This document shows positions 48,248-58,218 of a stretch of 64,000 nt of DNA, piece by piece. This DNA is from a virus (lineage: Duplodnaviria > Caudoviricetes). Below the pieces are notes generated by a model. The model made no database searches and was not told where the DNA came from. It saw only the letters and a list, made by a program, of their open reading frames with translations. The stretch covers positions 1 to 64,000 of the IMG/VR virus record IMGVR_UViG_3300021387_000573; one strand, given 5' to 3'. Made by a program: the position numbers and the translations under genes. Positions within the stretch are counted from its first letter, which is position 1. Each line of letters starts with the position of its first letter.

Positions 48248-48486
48248 GAATATAAAAAAGACCCGACGTGGTACGCATCGTTGAGAGGCGTGTCGGGTTC
48301 TATGTTATAATTAGAGCACGTCCGGCACAGCACAAGCCATGCCGGTAGCTCCAGAGAAGAGAAAGATAGAGAAATGAGAACAGGTATATTTTATACTATA
48401 TACCATAATACTAAAAATTTTTGAAGGACTTGAAACCCGCATAAACACTTGTTTTTTTTGATGTTTTTAACTTTTAATTGCTGCGT

Positions 48487-49356
48487 CTACCTTTGGGACT
48501 TCCATTCTCGTTTGCGCTTTTTGTCATGTTCTTTTTGACAGTCTTGGCACCTACAGGTCTTTGTATTCTTCGCGCTGACGCGGACATCTCTTCCACAATC
48601 CACGCAAGTAATAATTTTGTACTCTTGCGGTACATACCCAGCGCAGTCCTTGCAATACTTCTTCGTGCCAGCTTTGTTCCCACGCATCAAGATCCCACAC
48701 TGTTGGCAAGTAACGATGTTCTCACCTATGTATTGAAGATACAGATACCCAAGATCGCGGAAGTCCGTCACAGCCAAAGCGCAATCTCCGTCGTTGTCGC
48801 AGAAAGTAACGCGTACAGATAGATTATCGTTTTTCTTCGGAAGATCTACGAGATGTCGAATGAAGAAATCGTTAATCATAAAGTCCTGTTTCATTCCACT
48901 CATAGAGACGTGTGCCATCTGGAATACATCTTTTGTTTTATAGACCTTATATCCAACCCAACCGTTGTTCTTTGGATTCCGAATGTTCAAAAGTTTTGCC
49001 AAACACAGAAATGAAAACAGAACCTGCTGATGCTGCTTTGACAGACCGCATCCACTGATTGTGTCGAGCTCATCCTTTGTGATCGGAACAAAGTATTGCT
49101 GAAACAGTTTATACTTCCCGGCAGAGGAGGCCAGTGCCTCGATGACTTCCTCCCACCTCAGAATGCTCTTTTTATACGGAGGATAGTTCTGGCTGATAAA
49201 CTCCGTCAACGCCTTTTGTATCCGAACTTTGCGATAGCCAAGCTCGTGGTAATAATATTTTGCCAAGATTTGTGCGGTCTGCCAAGCGTTATCACCCAAC
49301 GTCTTCTCTCGCAAACACTGTTCCGCATATTCTTTTTCATTCAGTATAATCTTCAT
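48487..49356 (-). CDS. Conserved RNAP-adjacent protein with C-terminal Zn ribbons
   Basis: Four CxxC pairs; coupled to the RNAP gene. Confidence 0.6.
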   Translation of the reverse strand: MKIILNEKEYAEQCLREKTLGDNAWQTAQILAKYYYHELGYRKVRIQKALTEFISQNYPPYKKSILRWEEVIEALASSAGKYKLFQQYFVPITKDELDTISGCGLSKQHQQVLFSFLCLAKLLNIRNPKNNGWVGYKVYKTKDVFQMAHVSMSGMKQDFMINDFFIRHLVDLPKKNDNLSVRVTFCDNDGDCALAVTDFRDLGYLYLQYIGENIVTCQQCGILMRGNKAGTKKYCKDCAGYVPQEYKIITCVDCGRDVRVSAKNTKTCRCQDCQKEHDKKRKREWKSQR

Positions 49357-52114
49357 TGGGCTCCTCCAGGACGCACACAGTTGTCATCGTATATGTTTCG
49401 CCGCCGTATGTAAACGTATCCCCGGTATCAGAATCGCCATGCTTCGGATATGAAATCATGCCACCATTTGAACCGAGCAGGTTTTCAATAATTTGTTCAC
49501 CAGCGACAACCCACGCAAACTGCTTAGACCCCTCTTTGTGATAGCAAAGATCCAGAACAATGTCGCAGAGTTCTTTCTCATTTGGGCATATGATCTCCGC
49601 CTTCATTCTGAAGCGCCTGATGAAATCATCTTTTGTTTGCGGGAGTTCATCCTCGCTCATATAACCATCCGAGCGCATGAATTTCATATACTGCTGTAAT
49701 TCATGTTGGTAGTCGCGATATAGATCAGATATGGCTTGATAATCCTTTTGGCTATACTCGACACCGGACTTCATGATCGTATAATCAAAATCATTTGGCT
49801 TTGGTAATTGACCGTAATTAGGAAATACTTCTTCGATATGCCAGCAGATTCGATTTACAGTGCAAGGATTCATGCCGATCTTTTTATCTGTATCATAGTG
49901 AGACAAAAAGTCTTTGACTCGTTTAACCTTAAACTTTTTTCCTCGGAGTTCTTCGAGTGTGCAAATACCAAGATGGGCAAAATTCCTTCGGCAGCTCTTA
50001 TCATTGCCATTGATATAATCATCAATCTGCTTATTGAGGTTACTGTACACATAACGCATGAAATACGGCTTGTACGGCGCACATATCTCTCGGCAGAGTT
50101 TTTTGTATCCCTCGTCTTCAACACTATCAATATCTCGATATGAGAACCAGCAGGATGGCATCGGCTTGCAAACAATCCCTTTAATCCGATCTATTGTTTC
50201 TTGCTGAAATGCTTGCCCGCACATAACTCTGTACCGCAACGTTTTGTACTCATTAGATTCATGATCTTCAAACCCTGCACACGCTTCAATCATCGCAGTA
50301 ACATGGTTCGTTACGACGCCGATATCGTCATTAAAGGCTTTTTTATTACCTTCTATGATATCTTCTTCTTGCGGCACTTTCTTTTTCGCTTTCTTCTGCA
50401 AACAGAGTAGAGTTCGTGCATTCGGAGTGTTTTTAATGATTGTTCTGGCATTCGTAGTAAACACTGTATCGCCATCAAAATCGCAGCCATTTAGAGCATC
50501 CGCCATGGTATCCCATGCATTAATAAGGCACGCGGTTTTGATATGCTGAAACCAATTCAGCACCTCATCGCTTTTGTTGAGTTTCATCCTCCGAATATTG
50601 TGGATGCTGGTCATCGGAGCACGAAAACAACAGGCTTCATCAGCCTCTTTGTCAATCCAATATCTATGATAAATCTCTCCTGCATGAAGGAGCCCTGTTA
50701 CAGGAAGCCCGAACATACTTTGGCACAATGCATACAGATCTCCGCCAAGCATGGCAAAATTGGCATTAAGGCGAATAGAACCCTTCTTCGCAGAATCAAT
50801 CCGCTTCTTTATCATAGAGTGGATATTGCGACGAACATATGGGTCGTTGATCATGGCCGGTTCTACCATCAGCGCTTTAACATAATCGGCGGTCGCATGA
50901 ACAGCCTCTCTGTCATCCATACCTTGCCCGCATAAAAATGCCAAACTCTTGCGGTAGTCACCACCAAGAACATCGTTGATTTCCTGAACGGTTGATTCGC
51001 ATAATTCGTCAATCTCTTCATCCGTCATATTAATATCCTGAAGGAACTGATAGTTACTATCTCGAACGTTTTCCAGTTTCTCCGGAGTATCCTTCGTCGC
51101 AGAGAACAGATAGTGGTTTTCCGCGCAGTTCTTCGCGTAGTCTTCCCAACTGTCGTAGGAATCATAAAGCTTGAGCATAGACTCGGTGAGAATCATATCT
51201 GCTTCACGAACATCTCGCACGTCTCCCCAGACATCTTTGATGAAGTATGTTCCGGCGACCTTCTCTGCAAACTCAACAAAGTCAAAGGTATAAAGCATTC
51301 CCTTCGTCCACGCATTTCTGCAATTGAATCCGGAGAGTGTATGCTCCGCGTCTCCGTTCAGAAATCCGTTGACACGTCGAGAGTAAGCAGGAGAGATCAT
51401 GCCATTGCCGTCAGAGGCATCGTGCTCGATCTCGTAACCGTCTTCATATGTAAGTTCTGGCTCGCCATCCGTATCCGTATTAATTAGGATGACATCATCC
51501 TTGAACTTAGTCATACAGTCATGGACAACGATAACGCCATTCGGCTGCGGAATCGGAGTAGAACCAGAGCAGGTAAGGGCACAGTATGCTTCAAACTTTG
51601 CGGGGACGAGCTCCTTCTCCATGTTGCGCCCGTTATCAATACGTTTTCTCAACTCCGGCCAGAGAACGTCATTCACATATACGATGGTGCTTGTTTTAAC
51701 ACCGCCATTTGTTCCGAGTAAACGATGATAACGAACGCCATTGATCTTGAATCCTTGATTGGCGCGGTCGTAATCTTTGTTGCTATCCATAACAACGCAG
51801 ACGTAATCAGGCTGGAACTGCAATCTGTACAGGGCATTGTACAGACTGCGAATCCGAACCTTCGTCTCCGTGCTCTTCGGACGCTTTTTCTCGTTCTTGA
51901 TACTGCGCTGGATCTGCTTTACCTTGGCGTCATAGTCTTCTACACCATTGAGCTCATCGATCCACCGGAGCATCTGGCTGTCATTCAGAGCAACGATCAG
52001 GTCTGGGTAATCGCGCAGCGCGGTTTCCAGCGGAAGATCCAAATCCCAGTTCGCTCGCTTGAGCTGCTTGGTATGAATTTTATAAATAAGTTTCTGTGCT
52101 GCCTTTTGTTTCAT
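49337..52114 (-). CDS. yonO: YonO-like single-subunit DNA-dependent RNA polymerase (RdRP-like double-psi barrel)
   Basis: 925 aa; DGNG.ISP, R..WTKG, FRAP, catalytic GCDFDGD; upstream of late genes as in SPbeta. Confidence 0.85.
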   Translation of the reverse strand: MKQKAAQKLIYKIHTKQLKRANWDLDLPLETALRDYPDLIVALNDSQMLRWIDELNGVEDYDAKVKQIQRSIKNEKKRPKSTETKVRIRSLYNALYRLQFQPDYVCVVMDSNKDYDRANQGFKINGVRYHRLLGTNGGVKTSTIVYVNDVLWPELRKRIDNGRNMEKELVPAKFEAYCALTCSGSTPIPQPNGVIVVHDCMTKFKDDVILINTDTDGEPELTYEDGYEIEHDASDGNGMISPAYSRRVNGFLNGDAEHTLSGFNCRNAWTKGMLYTFDFVEFAEKVAGTYFIKDVWGDVRDVREADMILTESMLKLYDSYDSWEDYAKNCAENHYLFSATKDTPEKLENVRDSNYQFLQDINMTDEEIDELCESTVQEINDVLGGDYRKSLAFLCGQGMDDREAVHATADYVKALMVEPAMINDPYVRRNIHSMIKKRIDSAKKGSIRLNANFAMLGGDLYALCQSMFGLPVTGLLHAGEIYHRYWIDKEADEACCFRAPMTSIHNIRRMKLNKSDEVLNWFQHIKTACLINAWDTMADALNGCDFDGDTVFTTNARTIIKNTPNARTLLCLQKKAKKKVPQEEDIIEGNKKAFNDDIGVVTNHVTAMIEACAGFEDHESNEYKTLRYRVMCGQAFQQETIDRIKGIVCKPMPSCWFSYRDIDSVEDEGYKKLCREICAPYKPYFMRYVYSNLNKQIDDYINGNDKSCRRNFAHLGICTLEELRGKKFKVKRVKDFLSHYDTDKKIGMNPCTVNRICWHIEEVFPNYGQLPKPNDFDYTIMKSGVEYSQKDYQAISDLYRDYQHELQQYMKFMRSDGYMSEDELPQTKDDFIRRFRMKAEIICPNEKELCDIVLDLCYHKEGSKQFAWVVAGEQIIENLLGSNGGMISYPKHGDSDTGDTFTYGGETYTMTTVCVLEEPNEDYTE

Positions 52115-52253
52115 GCATCACCCTTCTTGAAAAAGTAGGTCTATTTTTAAACCTGCCATAAAAATCTCACATATTTTATGGGGAGGAATTTTCGCATGCC
52201 TGTTTCCGTGGGTATCCGGATGTCTGAGAACAGATTAAATTTCTTCCCATAAT

Positions 52254-52478
52254 TTATTGAGTATTTTTAGCACGTCCTAATTCGAGTCTCTGACAGAGCG
52301 CTTCTCTCTGTTCATCTGTCAGCTCCCGTTTACGAAACGGATTCTTGCCGAAACGAAATGGATAGAGCGGGCAGGTAGACGCCGGACAGAGTTTGACTTC
52401 TGTGGTCTGGTCACAACAGCAATCCAAGCATTTAGCTCTGATTGCTTTTAATGGAGAAGTGATTTGTTTATTGTCCAT
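52254..52478 (-). CDS. Small Cys-rich protein
   Basis: PLKAIRAKCLDCC..CP..CPLYPFRFG. Confidence 0.7.
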   Translation of the reverse strand: MDNKQITSPLKAIRAKCLDCCCDQTTEVKLCPASTCPLYPFRFGKNPFRKRELTDEQREALCQRLELGRAKNTQ

Positions 52479-52668
52479 GTTTTTCCTCACTAAATATGTT
52501 CCTTAGATAATCATCCCATCGACTAAGCGCCTCTTGGGCACGATCAATCGCCTCAATGCGCTGAGAAAGCACATCAAACATTGGGTTTTTCTTCGATAGT
52601 CCAGCCATAGCGCCGGTCAAATCAATTGCCATGATCTCTAAAACATGAATTGCTTCTTTATTTGACAT
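52468..52668 (-). CDS. Hypothetical protein
   Basis: GAGGTG RBS; overlapping operon. Confidence 0.55.
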   Translation of the reverse strand: MSNKEAIHVLEIMAIDLTGAMAGLSKKNPMFDVLSQRIEAIDRAQEALSRWDDYLRNIFSEEKHGQ

Positions 52669-52873
52669 CGTGCACCTCTTCTGCGTTTGCAATAAGATTA
52701 TTCCACCATCGGTCGTCTTCCTTCTTTTGTGCGCGGGCACCGTCAAGATATGCAGCCAAGTAGGCCATGTCCGAGTTGTCACACTCAGAACCGAGATTAA
52801 ACTGGCGATCTGCTTCTGCCAGACTTTGCTCTGCAGATTCTATTACGCTTCTTTTAGTTTTATTTGACTGCAT
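52658..52873 (-). CDS. Hypothetical protein
   Basis: AAGGTGG RBS. Confidence 0.55.
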   Translation of the reverse strand: MQSNKTKRSVIESAEQSLAEADRQFNLGSECDNSDMAYLAAYLDGARAQKKEDDRWWNNLIANAEEVHDVK

Positions 52874-53220
52874 TTAACCACCTTAAAACAAAGCTCGTCT
52901 GGGAGCCATTCAGTTTGTAATTCGTCATGTTCAAATCGCAATAAGTCAATGATATGTTCTATCTTAAAGCAGAAGTCTTCTCTGCCGGAACGAATCGTGC
53001 GCAAAACTCCGTTAATAAACTGCGTATAACGGAACCATTCTGATTCGCCGGTATATGTATATGGTGTGTTCTCGAATGAGTATCGATGAGAAGGGAAGCG
53101 GTCATCGATGCTTGGCTGGGTTATATCTCGCAGATGGCCGAACAATGGTTGCCACTGATCGTCCGTCATCTGAGGAAGGATCTTATTGATCTCCTTACAT
53201 TGCTTGGATGAAAGTTTCAC
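52843..53220 (-). CDS. Hypothetical protein
   Basis: First gene of leftward operon; GAGG RBS. Confidence 0.55.
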   Translation of the reverse strand: MKLSSKQCKEINKILPQMTDDQWQPLFGHLRDITQPSIDDRFPSHRYSFENTPYTYTGESEWFRYTQFINGVLRTIRSGREDFCFKIEHIIDLLRFEHDELQTEWLPDELCFKVVKCSQIKLKEA

Positions 53221-53368
53221 GCGGCCATAAATCCTCTCTTTCTGTTCTTATCAAGTTTGTTTCATATATTTGCATTAGTCAACAGTTACTATGACGGGCA
53301 ACCGCCAAGGGGCATCTCTGCAGCTACCAGGACGAATCACCGATGGGCATATCGGTATCGTCGATGGT

Positions 53369-53402
53369 ATTGTACTCCTTTATTATGCATTTGTCAACAG
53401 TT
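53369..53402 (-). promoter_or_regulatory. Leftward SigA promoter with conserved motif
   Basis: TTGACA-17-TACAAT within AACTGTTGACAAATGCA. Confidence 0.7.
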
Positions 53403-53599
53403 TAATCTGGCTGTATCTCGAAAAGTTTTGTGGCAGTCGCCAGGACGAAGATGAACCGGGGATCATTTTGCTGTGCCGATGATAAACTGGAGAGCTCCGG
53501 CTGCAAGATCGATAAGATAGGAATGGCTCCCACAGAAGGAAAGGGGAGAGGCAGCCGATCCGAAACTGTTATGGCAGCATACCAGGACAGCCGCCTCGA

Positions 53600-53860
53600 C
53601 CAGACTTTTCTTTCTTTTTCTTTTATAGATTTTCTTTCTTCTTTCTTTTATATATTATTATATAAATATAGTATTAAGTAGGTAAGGCAATAAACTCTTA
53701 CAGTAATAAAATACAGTAATAAACTATTACTGTAAGAAGTAATAAACTCATACAGTAAGATACTTATTACTTAAACACAGTATTAGTTTATTCACTTATT
53801 ATATTAATACTATATGACATTATTATATACGTTCATAAACTAATACTGTGTCGCGAACCT
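53600..53860. repeat. AT-rich iteron-like region (candidate origin)
   Basis: Repeated TACAGTAA and ATAAACT; 17-bp inverted repeat 53775-53791 / 53835-53851. Confidence 0.55.
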
Positions 53861-55073
53861 ATTGATTTTAACCTCTGTCAACTGATCAAAATTTGTAAAT
53901 AACACGCCGGTTAAACTCAATAGCTTACGCGATGAACAACAATCAGAGAAATATTTTTCTCACAGTATGAAACTCAATTTTCAAAGCTGTCAGAACTTTT
54001 TGCGCAAAGTGCTGTGAGTGGTTGCGATTGTACAATTTGCACAAAAATGCAGAAAGCAACCATGAACTGGGCACTTTCTGCGCGTATGAGTATCTGACGG
54101 TTATTGTTTCACTAGATCATGAATTGTCCAAAAGCTTAAAATCAATCCAATTTCATATAGAAACTCTCTTGTCGTGGGAAGTTGTCTACCTGTGTCAGAT
54201 TACTGATCGGATCTTCAACTTCCCATTTTTTGTTGTCTTGTAGAGTTTTCGATTTGATTTTCGATAAAGTATCTTGTTTTGGGAAGTTATGAAAATCTGG
54301 CAGTATGAAATGGGTGAGAAGACAGGACGGAGAAAAACAAAAAAAAGTGGGGGAAGATAGGGGTAAAAAAATGTGAGTGAAGGAGAACACATGCCGTCCT
54401 GGCTTCGGCTGCTGGAGTGGCCGGTGATGTAAACCCACCCCCGGTTAGATAGCTCTAACTGCTCTTGCCGTGGGCGATCCGTGGCAAGTCAAGAAAAGCG
54501 CAAAATCTTGACTTTAGCTAAGTAAAGTAAATTGATCGCAATTTAATTGTGCAAGTTGCATAAAACAGCTTTTTTATTCAAAAAGTTGAAATATTCAAAA
54601 TTTTTAACTTTTAGCACTATATCGAGGTGCGATATATCGAGGCTCGATATATGATCCTTTGTTTTTGGCATGATATCATTTTGATATCACTTTAATATCA
54701 ATCCATTTTCCCCACTTGTCAAGTATTTTTCCTTTACAATCCGCTCTAATTCCCCACTTGCTTTATAGGAATTATATCCCATGCGCATATAATCCCCACT
54801 GAATCAATAGGAAATCAGATCCTCCAGCTAATGTATTAAGCGCTTAATACAATAATACACTTCCTGGTTTTCTCTTTCCCTCCTATTCGACATGATACAC
54901 AAGCGCGGGAAAACATATCTACATCGGACATATATAGCGGGCTGCGTGTCAGCCTTGCGCGGGAAAAGCTCTTGACGGTTATTTCCAGATTGTTTCTTGT
55001 GCTTGCCTATACTATATAATTGCAAAATTCAAGCGCGGCAAAAAAAACCGCGCTTTTCTATTTCTATAGTGTA

Positions 55074-55331
55074 TTAGTCCGAAAGAGAATCAAGCAGAGT
55101 TTTCCCGCTTTCGTTGTCGTGGCTGTCAACAGTTTTTTCTAAGCTTTCTATTTTTTCATTTACTGCACTTTTTATAAAAGTATTTAGCGGCATTCCGGCG
55201 ATTTCAGCGGCTTTTTTCCACTTTTCCGCTATTTCTATGGGTAAATCAAGCGGAATCCGTTTATATTTTTCTTTGGCAAATTTCAATTTATAATCAACAT
55301 TTTTCGCTCTTTTTTTGTTCTCAGAATCCAT
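55074..55331 (-). CDS. Ribbon-helix-helix regulator
   Basis: YKRIPLDLP..WKKAA..GMPLNTFIKSAV. Confidence 0.7.
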   Translation of the reverse strand: MDSENKKRAKNVDYKLKFAKEKYKRIPLDLPIEIAEKWKKAAEIAGMPLNTFIKSAVNEKIESLEKTVDSHDNESGKTLLDSLSD

Positions 55332-55393
55332 ATAAATCAGCCCTTTTCATAACTTTTAATGGTTAAATTGTACGATCCTGGCAAATTTGCACA

Positions 55394-55455
55394 ATCTCGT
55401 ACGTGATATTTTGTGCATTTTACCACTTGCGTTTATATCTCGTACGTGATATCTT
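55394..55455 (+). promoter_or_regulatory. Rightward promoter with duplicated operator
   Basis: ATCTCGTACGTGATAT twice (55394, 55437); TTGCGT-17-TATCTT. Confidence 0.7.
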
Positions 55456-55740
55456 ATAGCCACAACAGGGAACGCGCAGCCGGCGACGATACGAGCGGGC
55501 CGAAACTTGTGGGGATAGAATAGGCTATAAATACCGCGGCGCAGAAAGGGCGCGTATAATGCGGTTATATTGGGGCGTCAACTCTTTAACTATGCGCGGG
55601 AAAATTTGCAGTATTGCAGACGCGCAAGGCAAAGTTAACGGACGTATAACGCAAAAACATTTTAGCATTGACTGCCCGCGCCGTCAAGATACGGCGCGGA
55701 AAATGAATGCTAAAAAATTTCAATCTGGAGGTTGAACACA

Positions 55741-56061
55741 ATGAAAAAGTATACTCTTTCAATTGGCTTGAGAGACGGCAAAATTCCCGGCCACCCGCAA
55801 ATTATCCCGTCATTTATCGCAAAATCCATTATAGCAGATACCATGATTTCCCGTTTCGGCGGCGCGACGATCCTCCCCGCGCTCGGCGTTTACACGCACG
55901 ACAACGGGCGCAAAGTCCGCGAAAATACCATTGTTGTCTACATCTACGACGCAGAAGAAAGCGCCGTCAAATCCGCTTGCGAATATCTCGCGCGGCGCTT
56001 GCGTCAAGAGTCTATCGCCTACGAATGCGCAGAAGTGACAAGCGAATTTATTCGGCCATAA
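55741..56061 (+). CDS. Putative SAM lyase / DUF3574-like protein
   Basis: GAT..G.Y..E.T..QESI pattern; first early gene. Confidence 0.55.
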   Translation: MKKYTLSIGLRDGKIPGHPQIIPSFIAKSIIADTMISRFGGATILPALGVYTHDNGRKVRENTIVVYIYDAEESAVKSACEYLARRLRQESIAYECAEVTSEFIRP

Positions 56062-56093
56062 CTGTTGACAAATGCAAAAAGGAGGTTTATACC

Positions 56094-56348
56094 ATGAAAA
56101 AATTTGAATTGCCTTGCTATGATAGCCGAAAATCTTTTTACGGAAAAGCCGTTGTTCTGGAGGAAAACGGGGAAAAGACGCTCTACAGCTACGGCACACG
56201 GGTGTGCAAGCTGGACAAGTCCGGCCACTTCCGGCGGCTCTGGGGCGGCTATTCTGCCACAACTATGCGCCACGTTAACAGCTTTCTCATGCACTACGAT
56301 CAGGAGGGAGGCGGGAAGAACTGGTGGACTGCGCAGCCCGTGGCTTAA
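56094..56348 (+). CDS. Conserved phage early protein
   Basis: KSFYGKA..LYSYGT..YSATTMRHV; AGGAGG RBS. Confidence 0.7.
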   Translation: MKKFELPCYDSRKSFYGKAVVLEENGEKTLYSYGTRVCKLDKSGHFRRLWGGYSATTMRHVNSFLMHYDQEGGGKNWWTAQPVA

Positions 56349-56463
56349 ATCGGGCAAAATTCCGGAAAACCGGCGCGGACTTTTTGACGGACTTTTCCCC
56401 GCGAAACAACGGAAAATCCGATCCCATTCAACAAAATTTTAGAAAATCCAGGAGGGAAAAACT

Positions 56464-56631
56464 ATGGAAAATTATCTTTGTCTATTCAGTAGCGAATACT
56501 TTACCGCCGGAAAAATCTATACCATGGTGGACTATTTGCCGGAAAATATCGGCGTACTTGTCTACGATAACCAGGGCTATCCGCACGGCCTGAGCTATGA
56601 CTTTCTTTGCAAGAATTTTCGGAAAATTTGA
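56464..56631 (+). CDS. Hypothetical protein, 55 aa
   Basis: AGGAGG RBS; MENYLCLFSS... Confidence 0.6.
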   Translation: MENYLCLFSSEYFTAGKIYTMVDYLPENIGVLVYDNQGYPHGLSYDFLCKNFRKI

Positions 56632-56645
56632 GGGAGGAAAATATC

Positions 56646-57011
56646 ATGGAAAGAATCACAAAATCGGAATTTATCCGCACAATCACGGAAAATTTGACCA
56701 CGTTTGTCGGCAATGCGCGGAACATCACGGAGGACACACTGGAGGCAAAGCTGGACAGCTTGCAATTCTATGACGATGAAATTTTGGAAAAACGCACGGC
56801 CACGGCTCGCGCCACGTTCGTGGAATTTTCGGGCGGCAGTAGGCTCTATCTGAATCAGGCCGGAAAATATGAGTTTTTCCGCAATATCGGCCCCGCATGG
56901 GGCAGCCCACTCGGGAATACCGGCGCGGAATTTGTCGCCGTGAAATATACGGAAACTTTGAGCGACGGCGAAGACTGGACGCGTTGGACAGTTTATCTCG
57001 TGCATAGGTAA
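56646..57011 (+). CDS. Hypothetical protein
   Basis: GGAGG RBS. Confidence 0.65.
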   Translation: MERITKSEFIRTITENLTTFVGNARNITEDTLEAKLDSLQFYDDEILEKRTATARATFVEFSGGSRLYLNQAGKYEFFRNIGPAWGSPLGNTGAEFVAVKYTETLSDGEDWTRWTVYLVHR

Positions 57012-57022
57012 AGGAGGAAAAT

Positions 57023-57223
57023 ATGGAATTTCGCAATTATAAAGTCGCGTATCACTTTGAGCGGGATGGAAAATACATACGTAAAGTGGAAGAAATCATG
57101 GCTACAAGCGCCCAGGACGCCGCCGACACGATCCGGGAGGAATGCACCGATCTGAGCTATCCGCGCGTCGATCGTGTATGGGTGGAAACTTTGACCGCAT
57201 GGGAAGAAAGGGAGTTTGAATAA
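57023..57223 (+). CDS. Hypothetical protein
   Basis: AGGAGG RBS. Confidence 0.65.
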   Translation: MEFRNYKVAYHFERDGKYIRKVEEIMATSAQDAADTIREECTDLSYPRVDRVWVETLTAWEEREFE

Positions 57224-57491
57224 TGCTGGAAAATTTGACGCGCAGCGGCTTTTGTTTCTTGCGCCAGGAAGACGAAAACCGCGCTATTTATGAAAACAAG
57301 TTTACCGGCCTTTGGCTTGTGGTAGATTTGGAAAACGATACATACAAAGTTGTGGAGGACTGAAATATGGAAAAACTGCTGGAAAAAATCAGAAAATTTC
57401 TCAACTCGGACTTCATGCGATCCTTTGCCAACGGTGTAAACGCGGCGCACATAGCTATGTGGACACTCTAACATAACAACAATATAACTTG

Positions 57492-57520
57492 TTGACAAAT
57501 GCAAATACATATGCTATCTT
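57492..57520 (+). promoter_or_regulatory. SigA promoter with conserved motif
   Basis: TTGACA-17-TATCTT within TGTTGACAAATGCA. Confidence 0.65.
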
Positions 57521-57652
57521 AATAAGGGAATCAGAAAATAAGATAGAACAAGCTGGAAAATTTGGAAAATATGGAGCGCCGGAGCGCGGAAAAATTGAAT
57601 TTGACGAAGAGCCGGACAGTTTCCGGCGCTCTATTGAAAAGGAGAAATAAAA

Positions 57653-58024
57653 ATGGAAAATTCTGTTCATATCAACATCAACGGCCACGATATCAGTTTT
57701 TACAATCGCAGCGAGAGCACCCGGAACGGCTTCCGGCATGTGTCCAGCATGTTTCTTGACCATGAGCATGTGGGGCGCGGAATTTGTAACTATCTCAACA
57801 GGACATGGGAATGGTACAGCTTTCAGTCTTCCATGATCCGCGCCGTGGAAAATCGGATGGACGAGCGCCAGGACCGGCTGGAGAGCATCTACCGCCGCAA
57901 CAACGGCATCAAGCGCATGACGGCAGCGAAGCGCGGAGAATTTGAGAAAATTCTGGATGATGACAGCACCATGCAGCTCTACCGGGACACGATCAAGAAT
58001 CTGAAGGAGGTATATCACCGTTGA
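57653..58024 (+). CDS. Conserved phage early protein
   Basis: TRNGFRH..YLNRTWE.Y.FQS. Confidence 0.7.
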   Translation: MENSVHININGHDISFYNRSESTRNGFRHVSSMFLDHEHVGRGICNYLNRTWEWYSFQSSMIRAVENRMDERQDRLESIYRRNNGIKRMTAAKRGEFEKILDDDSTMQLYRDTIKNLKEVYHR

Positions 58025-58218
58025 AAACCTACAGACTGGAATGGGAAATGCCGGACGGAGCATCCGGGCTGGAAACTTATGCGGACGATCTGGACGCGCT
58101 GAACGATCTGGAAGATTTGATCGAAGACGGCGCGGAATGGGCGCAGCTCATGGAGTCCGAAACATACGGCGGCATGGTCGTGGATGAAACAATCATCAAG
58201 GAATATCGGAGGGAATAA
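58021..58218 (+). CDS. Acidic hypothetical protein
   Basis: AAGGAGG RBS. Confidence 0.6.
   Translation: MKTYRLEWEMPDGASGLETYADDLDALNDLEDLIEDGAEWAQLMESETYGGMVVDETIIKEYRRE

Noticed and set aside
53600-53860. CRISPR array
   Set aside because: Repeats are short and irregular with no repeat-spacer periodicity
55460-55515. Hammerhead ribozyme (GAAAC present)
   Set aside because: No CUGANGA core
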